From Acutalibacteraceae bacterium (GTDB taxonomy: Bacteria > Bacillota > Clostridia > Oscillospirales > Acutalibacteraceae): DNA of 64,000 bases. The notes under the pieces were generated by a model. That model did not search any database and had not been told where the DNA came from. It saw only the letters and a list, made by a program, of their open reading frames with translations. Location of the stretch: assembly GCA_045647065.1 (NCBI GenBank), contig JAZRLY010000029.1, positions 2,548 to 66,547 on the forward strand, given 5' to 3'. Positions 57,970 through 64,000 of this stretch are shown in pieces. The position numbers were made by a program, and so were the translations under genes. Numbering within the stretch: position 1 is the stretch's first letter; the number at the start of each line of letters is the position of its first letter.

Positions 57970-60132
57970 TTATCCGACCTGTTTGTTGGTCAGTTTTGCA
58001 GTCTGACGCTGAGCCATAACAAGCTTTGCGTAGATGCCATCTTCGAGCAGAAGCTCACGGTGAGTGCCTGTTTCAGCAATCCTGCCTTTTTCGATAACGA
58101 TAAGTCTGTCGGCATTGCGCAGAGTAGCAAGTCTGTGAGCAATTGCGAAAGTGGTGCGTCCTTTGATAAGCTTCGCAAGTGCATCCTGAATTATTCCCTC
58201 GGTTTCGGGGTCGAGTGCACTCGTTGCCTCATCAAGAATAAGGATTTCCGGGTTGCGGAGCACCGCACGCGCAATCGAAATTCTCTGTCTTTCGCCGCCT
58301 GAAAGATTATGACCGTCCTCGCCGACAACGGTATTATATCCGTCGGGAAGCTTCATTATAAATTCATGGGCATTTGCCGTTTTGGCGGCGGCTACGATTT
58401 CACCCGGAGTTGCATTCGGACGGGCATATGCAATGTTGTCATAAACAGTGCCCGCGAAAAGGAAAGTTTCCTGGAAAACAACGCCTATTTTTTCTCTGTA
58501 TTGGCTCTGACTCATATTTTTTATATCTGTACCGCCGACGGATATTGTGCCTTCGTCAGCGTCGTAAAGCCGCATTATAAGATTTATGAGGGTGGATTTG
58601 CCTGCTCCCGAATGACCCACCAGACCGATCATTTCACCTTGTTTTACGGTGAAACTGATATCCTTGAGCACGGGCTCATATGCCTTGTATCCGAAACGGA
58701 CATTTTCAAAAACGATGTCGCCGTCGAGCTTTGCGGGAACGAGTTTTTCGTCATCCTCAAGTCCGTCTTTTTCATCAAGAATTTCAAAAATCTTGATAAG
58801 GCTTGTTGCAACCTCGCCGAGTCGGCGGGGGAGCGTTGAAATCCAGCGGAGCGGCTGATAGATATAAGCGAGGAAAAGCGTGAATTCGAGCAATTCGCCG
58901 AGAGAGATGGTTCCTTCGATAACCATTCTGCCGCCGAAATAGAGCACGAAAAATTCACCGATTCCCATAAAGAACGAGAGAAACGGAAAAACTTTTGCCC
59001 AGGTCTGTTCGTTGCTTATTGAAACATCGGCAAGCCGTTTGCAGACTCTGTCGAATTTCTCAATTTCTCTGTCCTCACTGCCGAAGGTTTTGACAACTCT
59101 TATGCCTCTTACGATATCGTGGAGAATTGAATTCGAACGCGAATCGCATCTCCATTGCCTCTCGTATCTGTATCTGATGAAATTCCAGAAGCTTCTGATT
59201 GCGTAAATAACAAGCGGAACGGGAACAAAAACAAGAAATGTGAGCAGAGGACTGATGCTGATAAGAATAATGAGAATTGCAATGAACATAATCAGTTTTT
59301 CAATTGCATACATACCCTGCTCGGTGATGAAGCGTTTGACGGTTTCGGTGTCGCGCGTCACTCGTTTCATAAGGTCGCCCGCCGTCTTTTTTGACATCGA
59401 TGAGAGCGAAAGCCTCTGCACCTTGTCATACATCATTATTCTCATGTCATTGAGCATATTTGCACTGACACGGTTAGTTTTTCTCAGGCTGAAAAGCTTT
59501 AGCACCTGACCGATAATCTGAGTCAGTCCGATAAGAAGAACGATTGAAACGACGCCTTTTACCGCCTCTTCGCCTGAAACTGACGGGTTGTTGAAATAAC
59601 CGTCAAGGAGCTTTGCGTTGAGAACGGGAAGAAGCGCTGAAGATGCGGTTGCCAGGGTCAGCAGTATTCCGGAGAAGGCAAGTGCGGGGAGATAATTCTT
59701 TATCATTCCCACAGTGCGTTTTATAAGATAGCTTTTCTCAACGCAGAAAAGGCAGACGTCCATTCCTTTTGCGAAATGTCTGCCGCATTTCGGACATACT
59801 CTGAAGTCCTCGCGTGAAAGCTCCGTTTCTTCGCCTGTTCTTATGTAATGGTTAACAACCTTGCAGAATTCACCGATTTCTTCAACGCAGCTCATCGAAA
59901 AACGGCAGACGGGTATGCTGTCCGCCATTTCTGCATTTTCGCCTTCGGGAATAAGCTCAAGCGTTCCGCAGCCTACATAGGTGCGTTGCATAAGCTCGCC
60001 GATGCCTTCGATTGAGCGTTCAAAAACCGTTTTGCTGTTAACAAAGGCAGAAATTGTTCCGTCTTCAAAAACAATCTCGCCCTTGCACAAATCGCCGCTC
60101 TGCGTAAGGTCAAAAACCGCTTTGGTTTGCAT
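57970..60132 (-). CDS. ABC exporter (TMD-NBD) with N-terminal extension and CxxC-x9-CxxC zinc ribbon
   Basis: CPKCGRHFAKGMDVCLFC; GHSGAGKS, LSGGERQR, ILILDEAT, IAHR. Confidence 0.9.
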   Translation of the reverse strand: MQTKAVFDLTQSGDLCKGEIVFEDGTISAFVNSKTVFERSIEGIGELMQRTYVGCGTLELIPEGENAEMADSIPVCRFSMSCVEEIGEFCKVVNHYIRTGEETELSREDFRVCPKCGRHFAKGMDVCLFCVEKSYLIKRTVGMIKNYLPALAFSGILLTLATASSALLPVLNAKLLDGYFNNPSVSGEEAVKGVVSIVLLIGLTQIIGQVLKLFSLRKTNRVSANMLNDMRIMMYDKVQRLSLSSMSKKTAGDLMKRVTRDTETVKRFITEQGMYAIEKLIMFIAILIILISISPLLTFLVFVPVPLVIYAIRSFWNFIRYRYERQWRCDSRSNSILHDIVRGIRVVKTFGSEDREIEKFDRVCKRLADVSISNEQTWAKVFPFLSFFMGIGEFFVLYFGGRMVIEGTISLGELLEFTLFLAYIYQPLRWISTLPRRLGEVATSLIKIFEILDEKDGLEDDEKLVPAKLDGDIVFENVRFGYKAYEPVLKDISFTVKQGEMIGLVGHSGAGKSTLINLIMRLYDADEGTISVGGTDIKNMSQSQYREKIGVVFQETFLFAGTVYDNIAYARPNATPGEIVAAAKTANAHEFIMKLPDGYNTVVGEDGHNLSGGERQRISIARAVLRNPEILILDEATSALDPETEGIIQDALAKLIKGRTTFAIAHRLATLRNADRLIVIEKGRIAETGTHRELLLEDGIYAKLVMAQRQTAKLTNKQVG

Positions 60133-60164
60133 AAATTATCACCTCTTTCAAAAGAGCGTAAAAA

Positions 60165-60692
60165 TCAATAAAGATAGGGTTCAAGCTTTTTTCTGCTTTT
60201 TGACGGTATTGAATCAAAATCAAGGATACGGAATCGGTTGCCGTCAATGTCGATAAGGTCAATCGCATCGCCGTGCTGACGGATGCTCTTTGAAATATCT
60301 CTGACCGCAAACGATTTTTTGAAATCACCTATCATAACATCAAAATAGAAATGACCCATCTTTTCTTTTATTGATTCGATTTTTGTGATGACGGGGCAGT
60401 AATAACGCTGGCCGAGTTCTTCATTGATGAGCGACTGCTGTTCAGCTGAAAAAACATTTATATGTTCAATAATTCCGATTTCATTTTTCTCGATATCTGA
60501 AATGCAGATGTAGTCATTCGGCATCACAAGAGGAAGTGCGCGGGTGAGGATTACCCTGCCGTATTCTTTGCCGTTTACGGTTGCCGAGAGAAACCCGTTT
60601 TTGCTTTTTGAAAAAATGCAGTTATCAGGTGTCACATATTCTGTTTTCAGCGATTCAGGTGAAATTGTGTTCGCTGTTCCGTTTTCTTTCAT
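60165..60692 (-). CDS. DUF1854-family soluble protein
   Basis: RALP..YI.I.D...EIGII, EELGQRYYCP.I.KI, DIDGNRFRI, SRKKLE pattern; sandwiched between two ABC exporters. Confidence 0.75.
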   Translation of the reverse strand: MKENGTANTISPESLKTEYVTPDNCIFSKSKNGFLSATVNGKEYGRVILTRALPLVMPNDYICISDIEKNEIGIIEHINVFSAEQQSLINEELGQRYYCPVITKIESIKEKMGHFYFDVMIGDFKKSFAVRDISKSIRQHGDAIDLIDIDGNRFRILDFDSIPSKSRKKLEPYLY

Positions 60693-63052
60693 TATGCTTC
60701 ATCCTCCTTCACATCGGTCTGCACTCCCGTGCCGATACCGATTGTTTTGAGAGCTTCGGATTGGATTTTATATTGCTTGTAGAATTCGCCTTTCTGCTTT
60801 ATAAGTTCTTGGAATGTGCCGTATTCAATAATTTTTCCGTCTTCGATTACTGCAAGATAATCTGCATCCCTGAGCGTTGAAAGACGGTGGGCGATTGCAA
60901 TTGTGGTTCTGCCTTCTTTAAGCTGAGTGAGTGAATACTGAATGTTGCGTTCGGTTTCGGTATCCATCGCTGCCGTTGCTTCGTCAAGAATAAGAATTTT
61001 GGGATTCTGGATTATTGTTCGCGCGATTGAAATTCTCTGCCTTTCGCCGCCCGAAAGCTTCTGACCGCCAGCGCCCACACGGGTTTCGTATGCATCGGGA
61101 AGTTTCATAATGAAATCGTGTGCCGATGCAGCCTTTGCAGCGGCAATGACTTCATCCATTGTGGCATCAGGTTTTGCGTAGCGGATGTTATCGGCAATCG
61201 AACCAATGAAAAGATAGATATCCTGCGAAACAAGACCGATGTTGCGGCGAAGCTCTGTCAGTTTTAAATCCTTTACATCGATACCGTCAATTTTAACATT
61301 GCCTTCCTTTGCATCGTAGAGTCTTGCAATAAGATTGGCGATTGTTGTTTTGCCTGCACCTGTTTTGCCGACGATGCCGAGCATATCGCCCGCTTTAACG
61401 CTCAGACTGAGCTTCTTGATAACGGGTCTTGCGGGTTCATATTCGAACTCAAGCTCGTTAATCTTAATGTCGCCTCGGAGTTTGTCAAAACTTACTGCGT
61501 TTTCTTTTTCTGTAATATCGGGCTTTGCATCGCAGATTTCAAACACACGCTGTGCCGAATCGGCGCATCTTGCCCACCAGTTTGATATCCACGAAAGAAA
61601 ATCAAACGGACCGCGAAGCATTTCCAGGTAAACAATATAGCTCAGAAGAGTACCTGTTGTAAGTTCACCTTTTGCAACCATAACACCGCCGAATCCGAGC
61701 ACGACGGTTGACAGTCCCATAACAAAAATCTCGAGGATCGGGAATACGGTTGCTTCGGTGAGAGAAAGCTTGAGGTCGGCTTTTGTGTGCTCACCGCTGA
61801 GCTTGCTGAAGCGTTCGTATTCATCGTCTTCCTTTGAAAACGCTTTGATAACACGCTGACCGTTGATGTTGTCGCTGACCATCGCAGAAACTCTTGCGCC
61901 GTAAAGCCAGCTTCTGTGATGAAGTCTGCGAAAAACCTTGTCGCCGAAGAAAAGACAAAGGAAAATCACGGGCATTGCACCGATTGTGATGAGCGAAAGC
62001 TTCCAGCTCATTACAAACATAATTGCAACAACGCCGATAATCGTTGCCGTGTCGATAATAAGCGCAGGAACACCGTCAATAAAAAACCAATAAATGTTGT
62101 TTGCGTCGCGCACAACACGCTCCATAAGCGAACCCGTCTGTTTTGATGAATAAAAATTTACCGACAGTCTTTGCATCGCGTTGAATATTTTCAGCTTTAT
62201 GTCATAAACGACCTTCGGCATGATTGCCGCGGTAACATATTGCTGAATGACGGTCAGAACCGTGTTGAGAAGCCTGACTCCGAAAATTGAGAGCACAAGC
62301 ACACCGAGAGCTTTTATCAGTTCTGCGGCGGGCAGACCGTTCGGATTTGCAAGAACATCGTCAAATAACGAACGGGTGCTTATCTGCGGAATAAATACAT
62401 TCACCGCGGAACCGAGGAGCATAATTACGATAATCAGTATAATCTGCGGAATGTATCCGCCGAAGAATTTAAAAAGTCTTAATGCGGTTGATGACTTTTT
62501 GTTGCATTTGGGGCAAAAATCCTTGTCGGGAGGGCAGGGCTTGCCGCATTTGTTGCACTTCTTTTCTTCGGGTTCGGGAGAAGTTGGAATTTCAGCTACA
62601 CCATTCTCCTTGTAGGAATTGAAAGCTCTTACAAAATTTTCAAATTGGGCGATTTTTCCTACGGAAAAACGGACAAGGCTTGAATGCTCGCCGTCTTTTA
62701 TCATTATCAGTCTGCCCGTTGAAACATATCTTTCCGCTTCCAGAGAATCGATTTCGTCAATGGGAATGCTCTGTATGCTTTTTATGGTGAATTCAGGCTC
62801 GGGTCTTTCCCTTTTGTTTTTTCGCTTTGACTTTATTTCTTCTTCGTCACCCATTGCTATGTAAAGTCCCTTGCTGTCGAAACTGAGCCACGCAGAGCAG
62901 TAGCAGGCTTCGTTATCCATATCGCCCGTACAGCAGTAAATAAGGTCTTTTGTGTCAAGACCCGCTTTGTCAAGTGCAAGCATCAGATGTTTTGGAAATT
63001 TACCTTTTTCGTGTTTCAGGGGATTGGGGGATTTTTCTTTTTTCTTACCCAT
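60692..63052 (-). CDS. ABC exporter (TMD-NBD) with N-terminal extension and zinc ribbon
   Basis: CNKCGKPCPPDKDFCPKC; GKTGAGKT, LSGGERQR, ILILDEAT, IAHR. Confidence 0.9.
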   Translation of the reverse strand: MGKKKEKSPNPLKHEKGKFPKHLMLALDKAGLDTKDLIYCCTGDMDNEACYCSAWLSFDSKGLYIAMGDEEEIKSKRKNKRERPEPEFTIKSIQSIPIDEIDSLEAERYVSTGRLIMIKDGEHSSLVRFSVGKIAQFENFVRAFNSYKENGVAEIPTSPEPEEKKCNKCGKPCPPDKDFCPKCNKKSSTALRLFKFFGGYIPQIILIIVIMLLGSAVNVFIPQISTRSLFDDVLANPNGLPAAELIKALGVLVLSIFGVRLLNTVLTVIQQYVTAAIMPKVVYDIKLKIFNAMQRLSVNFYSSKQTGSLMERVVRDANNIYWFFIDGVPALIIDTATIIGVVAIMFVMSWKLSLITIGAMPVIFLCLFFGDKVFRRLHHRSWLYGARVSAMVSDNINGQRVIKAFSKEDDEYERFSKLSGEHTKADLKLSLTEATVFPILEIFVMGLSTVVLGFGGVMVAKGELTTGTLLSYIVYLEMLRGPFDFLSWISNWWARCADSAQRVFEICDAKPDITEKENAVSFDKLRGDIKINELEFEYEPARPVIKKLSLSVKAGDMLGIVGKTGAGKTTIANLIARLYDAKEGNVKIDGIDVKDLKLTELRRNIGLVSQDIYLFIGSIADNIRYAKPDATMDEVIAAAKAASAHDFIMKLPDAYETRVGAGGQKLSGGERQRISIARTIIQNPKILILDEATAAMDTETERNIQYSLTQLKEGRTTIAIAHRLSTLRDADYLAVIEDGKIIEYGTFQELIKQKGEFYKQYKIQSEALKTIGIGTGVQTDVKEDEA

Positions 63053-63147
63053 AAGGAGTCACCACCTTAAATGTAATTTTATACCATTTGCCTTGTTGAT
63101 AACAGTCTTGTATTTATTTTTTCTTTATGATATAATAAGTGTGCAGA

Positions 63148-63188
63148 GAAAACAAAAACAGCGCTTTCGGTCGAAGAAAGCGCTGTTT
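63148..63188 (-). terminator. Intrinsic terminator (candidate attenuator) upstream of the ABC-DUF1854-ABC operon
   Basis: 13-bp perfect stem AAACAGCGCTTTC/GAAAGCGCTGTTT, 7-nt loop, followed by TTGTTTTC. Confidence 0.85.
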
Positions 63189-63210
63189 GTCTTTTAATAA
63201 TACCGCAATA

Positions 63211-63264
63211 TTACACGGACTGCGGGCACAACACTTTCGTATAACCATGATTCATATTCATCAT
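63211..63264 (-). CDS. Putative leader peptide MMNMNHGYTKVLCPQSV (17 aa)
   Basis: Perfect AAAGGAGG RBS (63273..63280) 8 nt upstream of ATG; lies between a promoter and the terminator. Confidence 0.7.
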   Translation of the reverse strand: MMNMNHGYTKVLCPQSV

Positions 63265-63297
63265 TGTGCTCGCCTCCTTTACATAATATTCTCGTTA

Positions 63298-63327
63298 AGT
63301 ATAAACCCGTGGAGAAATATTTGTCAA
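63298..63327 (-). promoter_or_regulatory. SigA promoter for the leader peptide/ABC operon
   Basis: TTGACA-18 nt-TATACT. Confidence 0.7.
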
Positions 63328-63336
63328 GGAGAATTT

Positions 63337-64000
63337 TTATTTGATTAAATCTTCAAACAATTTGATGTTAGACTGTTCGAGTTTAAGCTCGCCCGACTGT
63401 TCCTTTTTGATGATTTCAACGATTCTGTCGTTGACAGGTGTGGGAACACCGCATTTTCTGCCCCATTCGCAAACAACGCCGTTGATTGCATCAACTTCGC
63501 AGGGTTTGCCGTTACGAAGGTCCTGAAGCATTGAGGGGATGATATCAACATGTTTCTTCATTGCGATGGGAATGAGAAGCTCGCCGATTTTACGCTTGAA
63601 TGCGTTTTTATAATAGAAAAGGCTTGTAATGTTTTTGCCCTGAACAGGTGCAAATTCAGCTCCTGCTGCGTGACCGACATCAATACATTCCTTCACACAA
63701 CGGATTGCAACCTTGCGTGCATATGCGTCGCCCGTAACAGTGCCGAATGTGCCGCCCATAACAGTGCCGAGGCCTGAGAATGTTGCGTTGATGAGAAGCT
63801 TTGACCATCTTGTACCGATAAGATTTTCTTCAAAGTGAACGGGGCACATCTTTTCGAGAAGCTCGGTTACTCTTGCCACCTGCTCATCTGTGATTCCGTC
63901 CATTTTACCCATATGGTATGAAAGACTGTCGGGTTCACTTGTCAGAACGCATTCGCCGGGTGCGGCAAGGTTTGCGCCCCATTCAACGGCACATCCCATA
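63337..64000 (-). CDS. panE: 2-dehydropantoate 2-reductase (ketopantoate reductase) family, C-terminal part only (start outside window)
   Basis: RWSKLLINA, PSMLQDL..GKPCEVDAING..GVPTPVN. Confidence 0.8.
   Translation of the reverse strand, partial: MGCAVEWGANLAAPGECVLTSEPDSLSYHMGKMDGITDEQVARVTELLEKMCPVHFEENLIGTRWSKLLINATFSGLGTVMGGTFGTVTGDAYARKVAIRCVKECIDVGHAAGAEFAPVQGKNITSLFYYKNAFKRKIGELLIPIAMKKHVDIIPSMLQDLRNGKPCEVDAINGVVCEWGRKCGVPTPVNDRIVEIIKKEQSGELKLEQSNIKLFEDLIK

Noticed and set aside
57970-63052. Bacteriocin (peptidase-containing) exporter with the 17-aa peptide as cargo
   Set aside because: The N-terminal extensions lack a C39 peptidase motif and the peptide has no double-glycine leader; the attenuator geometry explains the ORF better.
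63139-63348. 69-aa plus-strand ORF, and a type I toxin-antitoxin reading of this region
   Set aside because: The ORF has no RBS and runs through the terminator hairpin; the 17-aa peptide is not hydrophobic like type I toxins.
1-64000. CRISPR arrays, rRNA/tRNA genes, IS elements, integrases, prophage genes
   Set aside because: No regularly spaced repeats, cloverleaf-compatible intergenic sequences, or transposase/integrase/phage motifs were seen; intergenic spaces are short and largely explained by promoters and terminators.

Overview
Chromosomal segment of an endospore-forming, anaerobic Clostridia-class bacterium. The gene content (sigG, potABCD, obg, der-ruvCAB, ecfAAT-truA, clpC, feoAB, xylAB) suggests an Oscillospirales/Ruminococcaceae-like gut organism; this is inference only. 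I found no rRNA, tRNA, CRISPR array, integrase or transposase. Five regions stand out against the housekeeping background. (1) A GDP-heptose operon (hddA, cupin, hddC-gmhB fusion) runs directly into two paralogous cobalamin-binding radical SAM genes; the second is cut by the window edge and absent from the ORF track. (2) A second tandem pair of B12-radical SAM genes heads an operon with a DedA protein, galactokinase and a lysoplasmalogenase. (3) A plsC-plsC-plsA-plsR-like plasmalogen/ether-lipid operon. (4) An orphan sigG whose RBS lies in a hairpin formed with its own promoter spacer. (5) An ABC-DUF1854-ABC exporter operon with unusual N-terminal zinc-ribbon extensions. It is preceded by an unannotated 17-codon leader peptide (MMNMNHGYTKVLCPQSV) and mutually exclusive terminator/antiterminator helices, i.e. 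a candidate ribosome-dependent attenuator. All family assignments come from motif recognition by eye, not database searches.
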